From Nitrospira japonica (GTDB lineage Bacteria; Nitrospirota; Thermodesulfovibrionia; Thermodesulfovibrionales; SM23-35): a stretch of DNA of 12,014 nucleotides. How positions within the stretch are numbered: the stretch's first letter is position 1; every line of letters starts with the position of its first letter. The notes beneath the pieces are model-generated. The model saw only the letters and a list, made by a program, of their open reading frames with translations, ran no database searches and was not told where the DNA came from. A program made the translations under genes and the position numbers. The stretch lies in assembly GCA_020725385.1 (NCBI GenBank), contig DYFC01000005.1, positions 1 through 12,014 on the forward strand. The letters run 5' to 3'. Positions 1 through 8,745 of the stretch are shown piece by piece.

Positions 1-19
1 TAGTCTAAAATGTTATGTA

Positions 20-49
20 TTGACATATTTAAACAGCTTTTATTATCTT
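20..49 (+). promoter_or_regulatory. sigma70-type promoter, -35 TTGACA (20-25) and -10 TATCTT (44-49)
   Basis: Perfect -35 hexamer, 18-nt spacer, TAnnnT -10. The same geometry recurs at 11745-11774 ahead of a second copy of the same RNA element. Confidence 0.7.
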
Positions 50-56
50 AAATACA

Positions 57-160
57 CGCTGGGCAAGAAGTCCGGTATAAAGAAGAAAATTTAAAGTATA
101 CAAATTCAAAGCCACGAAGGCTGAAGATGCAATGAATGCATCAGCTTTCGTGGCTTTTTT
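57..160 (+). ncRNA. Structured 5' leader / candidate antitermination element (twin ANGAA-pentaloop hairpins plus overlapping terminator), copy 1
   Basis: P1 GCTGGGC-AAGAA-GTCCGGT (58-76), A-rich linker, P2 AGCC-ACGAA-GGCT (110-122). P2 is mutually exclusive with the terminator stem 108-122/143-157, which runs into a T-tract. Conserved with covariation at 11783-11864. Confidence 0.7.
108..160 (+). terminator. Intrinsic terminator/attenuator in the leader of the methyltransferase operon
   Basis: AAAGCCACGAAGGCT (108-122) pairs with AGCTTTCGTGGCTTT (143-157), inner stem GATGCA/TGCATC, then TTTTTTGTTTTT. It lies between the promoter and the ATG at 177. Confidence 0.8.
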
Positions 161-176
161 GTTTTTGGAGAAATAA

Positions 177-959
177 ATGAGAGAACAAAATTGCGGGATA
201 GCATCAATAGACTTCTGGGATAGGAATGCTAAGTGGTATGAACTCTGGTTGGAGCATAATCGATATCACGGTAGGATTATTGAAATCTTAAATTCCTTTG
301 TTAAACCAGGATGGAAAATACTTGATATTGGAGCCGGAAGCGGTGTTCTGTCTTTGCCTCTGGCTGAGAAAGGGTGTGTTATAACTGCTTTAGAACCATC
401 TGCGGCTATGAGAATGCTTCTCGAAAAAGAAATATCAAGAAAAGGTGTAAAATCTATCAAGATTGATTCACGAAGCTGGGAGAATATACCATTAAATGGA
501 ATAAAAAAATACGATCTTATTATTGCATCCAACAGCCTGCATCTTACATTTTATGGATTCATGACTGCATTAAAAAAGATATTTCTATCTGATGCCTCAA
601 ATGTTTTTGTTGTTTCCGAAAAACAATTTATTGAATGCCCAATTTGTGATAACTTCGAAGGATATTCTCTTTTCTTGACTGATAAATATTTAATAGAGAG
701 CTCTAATGCTTATCATTGTTTCGAAGAAGCATTTGAACACTGGTCATTCAAAAATCAAAGATTTCCTGACAAGGAAGAAAAGGATTTTATTTTATCGGAA
801 CTTGTTTATGAAAATGGCCATATATTGAAAAAAGGTACTGCAGAGGTTTGCGTTTATCGCTGGGGGAAAATAAATACGATTGATAATTTTATTCATGAAA
901 ATCTAAGGAGGGGAAACAATGAAATTAGGCGTGATTCTTTTTATTCTGCTGTTTATTAG
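177..959 (+). CDS. Class I SAM-dependent methyltransferase, substrate unknown
   Basis: 260-aa ORF with motif I ILDIGAGSG, post-I ALEPS and YDLIIAS. GGAG RBS at 167-170. Confidence 0.88.
   Translation: MREQNCGIASIDFWDRNAKWYELWLEHNRYHGRIIEILNSFVKPGWKILDIGAGSGVLSLPLAEKGCVITALEPSAAMRMLLEKEISRKGVKSIKIDSRSWENIPLNGIKKYDLIIASNSLHLTFYGFMTALKKIFLSDASNVFVVSEKQFIECPICDNFEGYSLFLTDKYLIESSNAYHCFEEAFEHWSFKNQRFPDKEEKDFILSELVYENGHILKKGTAEVCVYRWGKINTIDNFIHENLRRGNNEIRRDSFYSAVY
746..794 (+). repeat. 49-bp direct repeat, copy A (inside the methyltransferase CDS)
   Basis: ATTCAAAAATCAAAGATTTCCTGACAAGGAAGAAAAG[G]ATTTTATTTTA matches 9019-9067 at 48/49 positions. Confidence 0.92.
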
Positions 960-3009
960 TTCATTTTCTTTTGCAGAAGAACAAAAATTGGGAGATGATA
1001 CAAAGATATTTCAGCTCGATGAAATAACGATTTCAGAAAGTGAAATCAAAGAAGAATTAAAAACACCGAATATGACTGTAATCTTACCTGAATTGATTTT
1101 GCAGGGCATTGGCTCAACCCCTGATTCTGCATTGAGTCGTCAACCAGGCATTGACGTCCAGAGACCGCAGGAGGTTGGTGCAGCACTTGATGATGATTCA
1201 ATAAAGATCAGAGGCTTTGGATCACGCCGAATTCTTGTAACTATCGATGGTAGAACAATGAATATATCAGGGACAGCAGGTGGATATTTTATAGACTGGA
1301 CAACAATCCCACTTAATAATATAGAAAAAATTGAGGTAATTAAAGGTGTAAGCGATCCTCGTTATAGCAACACACTCGGTGGTGTTATAAATCTTGTTAC
1401 GAAAAAACCCAAAGAAGAACCTATATTCGAACTTCAGGGACTTGTTGCGAGCTTTGATACATATACAACCAGTTTTTTTCATGCATGGAAGCCGGGGAAA
1501 TTTGAATATTCACTTAGTGGAGGATATTCAGAAAGTAACGGTTATCTCAGAAATGGTGATTACTGGCTAAAGAATGCAAATGTAAATATCGGTTATGAAT
1601 TGCCATGGAACGGAAAAATAACAGGGAGTCTGCAATATATAAATGTTAAAAAAGGTTTTATAGTTTCGAATAGAAGATCAAAAGACTATGATGACCCTGA
1701 TTATGAAGAGCCGATTAACAGTTCATATCCAGCATCTGATGGCGAGATAATGTATGGAGGAATGGGAGCATATCCTGAGCCAGGAAGCTGGTGGAAAAAA
1801 GAAAAATATTATATCAATATTGGATATGAACAGAATTTTTCAAATAGTAATTTGAATCTTAATTACTGGTGGAATCATGGGGACAGGGAAGCTTACAACA
1901 CAAGAGTGTCTCTTGGAAGAGTTTTTCATAAAAAATTTTATGATGATCGCTCATTCGGTTTCGATGCTGGATATACGCTCTTTTTGAAAAAACAAACTAT
2001 TACGATTGGTGGAGATTTTAAAAGATTCAAAGATAATGGTGATAGAAACTATTCTGATGATTACAGAGAACCATTTAGAAATGGCAATTATGTAAACTCA
2101 AAAATTGTTGGATTATATCTGATGGATGATTATGAAATATCGGGCAAATTTATCATATCTCCAGGCTTGAGATATGTTTCATATGATGGAAATGTAGGGC
2201 CCGCGGGAAAAGCTGAAGGGATTGAAGAAATATCAATGGACGGAATAGCTCCTTCATTAAAAGTAACTCTCAATTACGATAAAAATACACTGGCATATTT
2301 AAGCATTGCACGTGCTCTGAGAATGCCAACTCCTCCAGAACATTACTGGCATTATTCTCCAGATGCAGGTGTTAATACATCAAATCTTCCTTTTAAGAAA
2401 GAAGATGGAATAATGATACAGGGGGGTCTTAAATCTGAATTCCCTTCAAAGACAAGAGTCGAAGTTTCTCCTTATTATTACATAATCGAAGACTACATAC
2501 AGTTCGATCTCATAAACTTTGTCTCTTATAATATCAGCAAAGCAATAATATATGGTGTAGAATTGGAAATTGCACAACAACTTGGCAAAGGCTTTTCTGC
2601 ATTTATCAATTATACCTATCAAAGAAGTAAGACAGAAGGTGACCCTTTTGTAAATAATTTTGTTTATTCTGAGGATAGAGACTTTGATGAAATACCAGGG
2701 TTACCAGAACATAAAATTAATATGGGATTTCAGTATAAAGGGAAGAATAAGGAGAAATTTACAATTTATGCAAAATATGTATCGGATCAGAGTGTAATAT
2801 ATAATAACAATACGCTCTATAACACCGAACTTAGAGTTCGCAAGCAGGATTCATTTATAACTGCTGATATTGAAGCTTCATATCCAATTACAAAAAATCT
2901 TGAAGTAACAGGTTACATACATAATATTTTTGATAAAGATTATCAGGAACGCTTCGGTTTTACAGCTGCGGGAAGAAATTTTGGGATAGGAATGAAGGCC
3001 GTCTTTTAG
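919..3009 (+). CDS. TonB-dependent outer-membrane receptor 1
   Basis: 696 aa. Signal peptide, plug motifs IRGFGSRRILVTIDG and IEKIEVIKG...GGVINLVTK, C-terminal NIFDKDY...GRNFGIGMKAVF ending in Phe. RBS AAGGAGG at 905-911. Overlaps the end of the methyltransferase ORF by 41 nt. Confidence 0.93.
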   Translation: MKLGVILFILLFISSFSFAEEQKLGDDTKIFQLDEITISESEIKEELKTPNMTVILPELILQGIGSTPDSALSRQPGIDVQRPQEVGAALDDDSIKIRGFGSRRILVTIDGRTMNISGTAGGYFIDWTTIPLNNIEKIEVIKGVSDPRYSNTLGGVINLVTKKPKEEPIFELQGLVASFDTYTTSFFHAWKPGKFEYSLSGGYSESNGYLRNGDYWLKNANVNIGYELPWNGKITGSLQYINVKKGFIVSNRRSKDYDDPDYEEPINSSYPASDGEIMYGGMGAYPEPGSWWKKEKYYINIGYEQNFSNSNLNLNYWWNHGDREAYNTRVSLGRVFHKKFYDDRSFGFDAGYTLFLKKQTITIGGDFKRFKDNGDRNYSDDYREPFRNGNYVNSKIVGLYLMDDYEISGKFIISPGLRYVSYDGNVGPAGKAEGIEEISMDGIAPSLKVTLNYDKNTLAYLSIARALRMPTPPEHYWHYSPDAGVNTSNLPFKKEDGIMIQGGLKSEFPSKTRVEVSPYYYIIEDYIQFDLINFVSYNISKAIIYGVELEIAQQLGKGFSAFINYTYQRSKTEGDPFVNNFVYSEDRDFDEIPGLPEHKINMGFQYKGKNKEKFTIYAKYVSDQSVIYNNNTLYNTELRVRKQDSFITADIEASYPITKNLEVTGYIHNIFDKDYQERFGFTAAGRNFGIGMKAVF

Positions 3010-4587
3010 ATGAAAATAATATTATCTGCAATTTGTTCAATAGTATTTTTATTTTCTCTTTATGGATGTAAAGAGAATATAGAAAGACAAAAATTTTTTG
3101 AGAACACATTAGTTGTCGCTCTTTCTTCAGAACCTTTAAGTCTTAATCCTGTTTATCTTTCTGATCTCATCTCATTCACGGTAAGCGAGCTTATTTTTAG
3201 AGGACTTGTTAAATTTGATAAAGATATGAAAATCATCCCTGATCTTGCTGAATCATGGGAGATTCTCAATAATGGCAAGGAAATTAAATTCAAGTTGAAA
3301 AAAGGGGTTCTCTGGCATGATGGTACTGAATTTACTTCAAATGATGTTATTTTTACGTATCTAACTGTAATTTCACCAAAGACTTCAACACATCTCGCTG
3401 AAGTCTTTGGTCCTTTAAAAAATGTTATTGCTTTAGACCGATATACAGTGCTTGTTCGTTACAACGAGCCTTACGGTTCTGCCCTTGAAAGCTGGCGTAT
3501 AGGAATAATTCCTGAACATGTCTTTCGCAATGGGGAAACAAACATTGTCTCTTTCGATGAATCACCAATTGGCACAGGACCATATAAACTCAAAAAATGG
3601 GAACACGGGGCAAAGATTATTCTTGAATCTTTTGACAATTATTACGGTGGCAGGCCAGGAATTAAAAACATTATTTTAAAAATTATACCCGATACATCAA
3701 CACAACTTATGGAATTGAAAACAGGCGCAATTGATGTAATGGAAATTTCACCTTTACAGTTTAATCAAGTAATGAATTCTCCCGAAATTTCAAATAATTT
3801 TAACAAATATAAGACCGGTTCATTCAGGTATGGGTTCTTAGGATTAAATATGCTTGATGAAAGATTTAGAGATAAAAGAGTAAGGCAAGCGATTAGTTAT
3901 TCAATAGATAAAAAATGGATTATTCAGTCAGTTTTTAATAATGTTGGGAGTCCCTCAACAGGTCCTTATCCACTTGAAGCATGGTATTTCAACCCTAAGG
4001 CTAAATATTATGATTACAACCCTGCCAAAGCTATTGATTTATTAAAAGATGCAGGTTGGCAAAAGGGGGAAAACGGGGCATTATACAAAAATAATGTTCC
4101 GTTTTTTTTTACTATATTCACAAATTTTGAGAACAAAGAAAATTTAAAAATAGCACAAATTATACAGGATAATCTCAAAAAAATAGGGATAAAAACAGAA
4201 ATACAAACTTTTGAATGGCAGACCTTCAGGCATAATGTGGTTAGCAAACATCAGTTTGAAGCTATTATTCTATCACGAGCGTATCTCTGGGATCCTGATA
4301 TATATGATTTATGGCATTCAAGCAAGACAGACGAAGGAGAATGGAATTTTTTATCATACAAAAACCCTGTAATAGATAATCTTCTTGAAAAAGGGAGAAA
4401 AACTATTAATCAATATGAACGAAAAAAAATTTACCAAAAAGTTCAAGAAATTCTTGCTGAAGATCAAGCATCTATATTTCTCTATAATACAGAATTACTT
4501 TTTTTAGCCCATAAGAAAATTAAGGGCATTGTGCCTTCACCCGCAGGAATTCTTCATGATATTGAAAAATGGTATATAGAGCTATAA
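3010..4587 (+). CDS. ABC transporter solute-binding lipoprotein, family 5 (OppA/DppA/NikA-like)
   Basis: 525 aa. Lipobox LYGC (Cys20), family-5 signature PDLAESW...FKLKKGVLWHDG..FTSNDV, PIGTGPY and VRQAIS. The ATG directly abuts the TAG of the upstream gene. Confidence 0.92.
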   Translation: MKIILSAICSIVFLFSLYGCKENIERQKFFENTLVVALSSEPLSLNPVYLSDLISFTVSELIFRGLVKFDKDMKIIPDLAESWEILNNGKEIKFKLKKGVLWHDGTEFTSNDVIFTYLTVISPKTSTHLAEVFGPLKNVIALDRYTVLVRYNEPYGSALESWRIGIIPEHVFRNGETNIVSFDESPIGTGPYKLKKWEHGAKIILESFDNYYGGRPGIKNIILKIIPDTSTQLMELKTGAIDVMEISPLQFNQVMNSPEISNNFNKYKTGSFRYGFLGLNMLDERFRDKRVRQAISYSIDKKWIIQSVFNNVGSPSTGPYPLEAWYFNPKAKYYDYNPAKAIDLLKDAGWQKGENGALYKNNVPFFFTIFTNFENKENLKIAQIIQDNLKKIGIKTEIQTFEWQTFRHNVVSKHQFEAIILSRAYLWDPDIYDLWHSSKTDEGEWNFLSYKNPVIDNLLEKGRKTINQYERKKIYQKVQEILAEDQASIFLYNTELLFLAHKKIKGIVPSPAGILHDIEKWYIEL

Positions 4588-4702
4588 GTTTTACTGAAAC
4601 ATATAAATTGTGTAACATGAGTCATCAAGTAATAAACCCGAACAATACAACGATTGTTCAAATAGTGCAAAAAATGAAATGTAAATACAAAAATGTTAGA
4701 TT

Positions 4703-4795
4703 GTTATTCTCTGGCATACCCAGAGAATCCAATGCCTTTTTCTGGGTTAGCCGATCCCGCCACAAAAACGGCGGGCAGGCAAGTAGGGTAATGAC
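4703..4795. repeat. REP-like GC-rich palindromic element (degenerate)
   Basis: Ends GTTATT...AATGAC can pair. Internal hairpins ATTCTCTGG/CCAGAGAAT (4706-4728) and CCCGCC-N8-GGCGGG (4756-4775). GC-rich island in AT-rich intergenic DNA. Only one copy in the window, so repeat status is inferred. Confidence 0.4.
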
Positions 4796-4876
4796 GGTTG
4801 TATCCAGATTTATAGCTATCTTAGTAAGAAGAACAATTATTTTATCCGGACAAATGCTAATCCTCCGGAATATGAA

Positions 4877-4908
4877 GGGTGCGGGAGAAGTCCTGCACCC
4901 AATTTTTT
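4877..4908 (+). terminator. Probable intrinsic terminator
   Basis: GGGTGCGGGA-GAAG-TCCTGCACCC 10-bp stem followed by AATTTTTT. Confidence 0.6.
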
Positions 4909-5151
4909 ATGATGAAGGCAAATAACTCGAATAATACAGGGGTTATTAATAAATAGCCCGGGAAATACAGTTGGAGATTCTGAATCAACTCTTGGTAAAG
5001 CTTGAAACTGGATTAATGACACAAGACTTACATAGTTTTATCAATTAAACATACCATCTGACTTGATGAGAGGGTTTAGGAAGGAGGTGATTACAAAGAA
5101 AATTTAATATTCAAAAAATAAAATTAAAAATTATAAATGCAAAATTTAAAA

Positions 5152-5244
5152 CTCGGGGCAGGGTTGGTCTTTTGCGAGGACACCCTGCCCGTCGGGTAAC
5201 GCTGCGAAACACAACGCCCCTTTTAATTTTAACAGAAAGGGGTG
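5152..5244 (+). promoter_or_regulatory. Two GC-rich hairpins in the 5' region of TonB receptor 2
   Basis: GGGCAGGGT/ACCCTGCCC (5156-5164/5182-5190) with an inner stem, and CGCCCCTTTT/GAAAGGGGTG (5215-5224/5235-5244), just upstream of RBS AAGGAGG (5253-5259). Function unknown. Confidence 0.45.
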
Positions 5245-5273
5245 AGAAGAAAAAGGAGGAGGGATAAGTCATA

Positions 5274-7361
5274 ATGAAAAAAATTAATATCTTATTTGTT
5301 GTTTGGTTCTTATTGTTATTTGTATTTTGTTATAAAGATTTTAATGCTTTTGCTCAAGAACAAAACAAGGATGTAAATGAAAACACTACCTTATCTATAC
5401 AACAAGAAAAAGATAAAAAAGAAGTTTATGAACAAAGCAAGCAAAAATTAGTTCCAGGTCCGGGAGAAGTTTTTATGAATATAGGGGAAGTTGTAGTCGA
5501 AACTACAAGTGCAACTGTATCTAACGTTGATCTTCCCGGCTCTGTTGATGTAATTGGTGAAGACCAGTTAAGAAAAGAAATAACTAACAATTCCCTTGAA
5601 CTACTAAGGCGCATACCTGGTTTTATCTATCGAGATTATGGTAACGGTGGTGTGCCGAATGGTTTTACAATGCGAGGGTTCAATAGCAATCATGGCAGCG
5701 ATAATCTGGTCACAATAGATGGAATTCCAATCAATGACCATTTTTGGCAAGAAGATGGAGCCCCTGATTTTAATCAACTGACTGCAGAGGAAATAGAAAA
5801 TATAACTGTTATAAAAGGACCTATTGATGCAAGATATGGCAATTGGGGCAGAGCTGGAATCGTTAATATTGAAACTCGCAAACGTGGGGATTTTTTAAAA
5901 TCTTCTTTATCGTTAGGTAGCTGGGGAACACGTAAGGCTTATGTGAGTTTCGGAAGTGAACATTTCGATAATAAATTCAATCAAGTTTATTCTGTAGAGT
6001 ATTTTGATACAGACGCATGGAGAGAGAATAGCGAACAAAAAAGACAGAATGCTTATGCTAAATGGTATTACAGACCATTCAGTGGAATTCAATTAGGGCT
6101 TCAAACTCATGTTTATAAAGCAGACTGGTCAACTGGTGGTTATATTACCGAGGAGCAATGGAAAGATGATCCAAGACAAGCATTTGATTCTGCTCAAGAC
6201 GATGGTGGTAAGAAAGAACTGCAGGAAATTTCCATGCATCTTGACTGGAATTTAAAAAAAGATATTCCTCTTGAAGCACGTTTTTGGTATAAAACAAACA
6301 AGGCGAGCAGATGGGCAGATTGGGGTGGAGGACAAACAGAAATGTTTACAAAGGAAAGTGTATGGGGTGCTCTTGCGAATATAGGGTTTTTAAGAAATTT
6401 TGGTTCTGACAGTAAAATCAGAGTTGACTCGGGATTTGACTGGCGGAGTTTTGATTCAAATTATCAGGATTGGAATACTTATGCAAGAGTGAGGACTTCA
6501 GTTAATACAGATGATGATTATATATTCAATAATTTCGGAGTATATATCAAATCAAATTACGATGTTAATAAATATTTGCGTTTATTTGCTGGTGTACGAC
6601 ATGATTATTTTTCAGGGGATACAAAAAATAATCTCACAAATGAAAAAAGGGATATGGATAATTATAATGTTACAACATACAAAGGTGGGATTATTGGTAA
6701 TATTTCCGACAGATATAGTTTATATGCCAATATAGGTACAACTTTTACTCTTCCAAGAAAAGAACTTAAATATGCAGAAGAACATCCTGATGTAACTTAT
6801 CTATTATTTAGAGAGGTCGGGTTAAAAGCAAATCCTTTGGATTGGCTTCTTGTAAGATATGCATATTTCTATAGTGATGAAGATGTTGTTGCTTTTATTG
6901 CTGGAGATTATGTTAATCAAGGAAAAGCAATACGTAAGGGTCACGAGATTGAGGTAAATATTTTTCCTTTTGAAGGTATGACTATTTTTTCTTCTTTAAC
7001 ATTAGACAATTCTAAATTCGACGGGGGGACTAATGATGGCAATTGGGTGACTTCAGTTCCAGAATATATCTGGAATACAGGTATACAATATGATTCGATA
7101 TATGGCACGGGTGCGAGATTGTGGTATCGATCTGTCGGAAAATGGTATACGGATAGCTCAAATGAACATAGTTACAAAGGTTATAAAACTGCTGATTTGA
7201 CAGTTTATCATACTTTTGCAGATAAATGGACAGTATCATTTGATATAAAAAATCTGTTCAATCAGAAGTATGCTGAATTTGTTGGCTTCTGGAGTGGGTC
7301 GAATCAATATATGAGTAGTAACCCGAGAGGATACTATGTAACATTAAAATACAATATGTAA
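5274..7361 (+). CDS. TonB-dependent outer-membrane receptor 2, likely metal (Ni/Co) uptake by context
   Basis: 695 aa. Signal peptide, plug motifs LRRIPG, MRGF..NHGSDNLVTIDGIPIN and IENITVIKGP...YG..G.AGIVNI, C-terminal NLFNQKY...PRGYYVTLKYNM. Substrate inferred only from neighbours. Confidence 0.93.
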   Translation: MKKINILFVVWFLLLFVFCYKDFNAFAQEQNKDVNENTTLSIQQEKDKKEVYEQSKQKLVPGPGEVFMNIGEVVVETTSATVSNVDLPGSVDVIGEDQLRKEITNNSLELLRRIPGFIYRDYGNGGVPNGFTMRGFNSNHGSDNLVTIDGIPINDHFWQEDGAPDFNQLTAEEIENITVIKGPIDARYGNWGRAGIVNIETRKRGDFLKSSLSLGSWGTRKAYVSFGSEHFDNKFNQVYSVEYFDTDAWRENSEQKRQNAYAKWYYRPFSGIQLGLQTHVYKADWSTGGYITEEQWKDDPRQAFDSAQDDGGKKELQEISMHLDWNLKKDIPLEARFWYKTNKASRWADWGGGQTEMFTKESVWGALANIGFLRNFGSDSKIRVDSGFDWRSFDSNYQDWNTYARVRTSVNTDDDYIFNNFGVYIKSNYDVNKYLRLFAGVRHDYFSGDTKNNLTNEKRDMDNYNVTTYKGGIIGNISDRYSLYANIGTTFTLPRKELKYAEEHPDVTYLLFREVGLKANPLDWLLVRYAYFYSDEDVVAFIAGDYVNQGKAIRKGHEIEVNIFPFEGMTIFSSLTLDNSKFDGGTNDGNWVTSVPEYIWNTGIQYDSIYGTGARLWYRSVGKWYTDSSNEHSYKGYKTADLTVYHTFADKWTVSFDIKNLFNQKYAEFVGFWSGSNQYMSSNPRGYYVTLKYNM

Positions 7362-7409
7362 AGATCTACCAAGAAATTTAATTAACAATCTATAGGGAGG
7401 AAAGTTGAT

Positions 7410-8108
7410 ATGAAAAAATTATTTATATTCTTCATTATGGCTTTTTTGTCATCCGTGGTTGTTGTCTCAGCGCATGATGCGTGGATTCAAAAAAAAGGTG
7501 CTGATTTCCATATAATATACGGACATGGAAATAAACTTGAGTCCTATGATTTTTCAAAAATAAAAGAAATTAGGTCTTATGACTTATCCGGAAACTATAA
7601 AAAAGTTACACAAGAAAATGGAATAATACGAGAAATTAAAGATCCTGCTATGCTAACGATGTTTTTTGATAACGGTTATTGGGTTCAAACAACAGACGGC
7701 TGGAAAAACTTTACAAAACGTGAAGCTTTACAAAATAATTTGCAAATAGTTGTTTCAGAGAGGTCTCTAAAATTTCATAAGAACTATCTTAAATGGACTG
7801 ACAATTTTATGAAACCGATTGGTATGAAATTTGAGATTCTTCCTCTAAAGAATCCTCTGACTATGAAGCAGGGTGATATATTGCCAATAAAAGTCTTATT
7901 GGATGGTAAACCAGTAGAAAATGCTGCAATCAATACCGCTGAATCGCATGAGGCAGTTACAAAAACTGATAAGAATGGTTTTACAGAAGTAAAAATCAAA
8001 GAAAAAGGATTCTGTCTTATTAGTGCCTTTATTGAACAACCACTTGAAAATGATCCTGATGCTGAAAAATTATTTCTCAGTGCTAATATAACATTCGATT
8101 TAAAATGA
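7410..8108 (+). CDS. DUF4198 / NikK-like periplasmic nickel/cobalt transport-associated protein
   Basis: 232 aa. Signal peptide followed by AHDAWI (His at the predicted mature N-terminus), YGHG, FEILPLKNP, VLLDGKP and TDKNG, typical of DUF4198 proteins. RBS AGGGAGG at 7394-7400. Confidence 0.8.
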   Translation: MKKLFIFFIMAFLSSVVVVSAHDAWIQKKGADFHIIYGHGNKLESYDFSKIKEIRSYDLSGNYKKVTQENGIIREIKDPAMLTMFFDNGYWVQTTDGWKNFTKREALQNNLQIVVSERSLKFHKNYLKWTDNFMKPIGMKFEILPLKNPLTMKQGDILPIKVLLDGKPVENAAINTAESHEAVTKTDKNGFTEVKIKEKGFCLISAFIEQPLENDPDAEKLFLSANITFDLK

Positions 8109-8587
8109 AAAAGACACTAATATTTTTCATGCTTCTTCTGCTCCTGATATATTCAGGGGCAGAAGCACATTCTGTTCATTATCAGGTAGAAAATAAGGGA
8201 ATCAGTGTAAGAGTTTTCTATTCAGAGGATGACCCTGCGAGTTATTCAGCTTATGAGATATTTGGTCCTGAAGATAAGATTCCGTATCAGAAGGGAAGGA
8301 CAGACAAAAATGGATTTGTGTCTTTTTTACCTAATAGGAAGGGTAAATGGATAATAAATGTATATGGAGAATCGGAGCATAGTATGCATGGCGCAAGAAT
8401 TGAGGTTAATGTCAATGAAAGTCTTTATATGGAATCTTTCAAGAAACCTCTGGTAGCGAGATATACAAAAGTATTTGTTGGAGTTAGCATTCTTCTTGCG
8501 CTATTTGGCATTTGGGCGTTAACGAGGCAATTAAAACAGGGTAGAATTATAGGGAAAAGCGGTTCAAGCTCTGAATCCAAAGAATAG
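8105..8587 (+). CDS. NikL/CbiL-like exported nickel-transport accessory protein with C-terminal membrane anchor
   Basis: 160 aa. Signal peptide then AHSVH, QKGRTDKNGFVSF.P...G.W, H-S-M-H-G motif and a hydrophobic C-terminal helix (VFVGVSILLALFGIWAL). ATGA overlap with the upstream gene. Confidence 0.72.
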   Translation: MKKTLIFFMLLLLLIYSGAEAHSVHYQVENKGISVRVFYSEDDPASYSAYEIFGPEDKIPYQKGRTDKNGFVSFLPNRKGKWIINVYGESEHSMHGARIEVNVNESLYMESFKKPLVARYTKVFVGVSILLALFGIWALTRQLKQGRIIGKSGSSSESKE

Positions 8588-8745
8588 CACTGTTTTAAAT
8601 CAAACAGGATACGGGACGGTACACAAAGAATTAAACAAAAAACAGAGATGTCCGAAAATGTCTGTATTTGGTTTTGGATAATATTTATGTTGATTTTATG
8701 TTGTTTGAATGATATAAGATAATTAAAGGAAGGAGGTGATAATAG

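Noticed and set aside
57-160. Canonical ANTAR site, CsrA site or T-box as the identity of the leader
   Set aside because: Loops are 5-nt ANGAA, not ANTAR hexaloops with A1/G4 and not ANGGA; there is no T-box GGTGGNACCGCG sequence.
4588-4618. Possible NikR-like operator GTTTTAC-N17-GTAACAT
   Set aside because: Imperfect half-sites, unconvincing spacing and far from a gene start; plausible by chance in AT-rich DNA.
4569-4925. 118-aa + strand ORF in the track
   Set aside because: No RBS or recognisable motif; it runs through palindromic elements and a terminator-like hairpin, so it is likely spurious.
4837-5022. 61-aa minus-strand ORF
   Set aside because: No RBS or motif; it spans a hairpin region.
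4590-5273. Cobalamin riboswitch upstream of TonB receptor 2
   Set aside because: Expected conserved elements (GCCACTG, GGGAAG and the B12-box AGYCAGRAGACCTGCC-like sequence) were not found.
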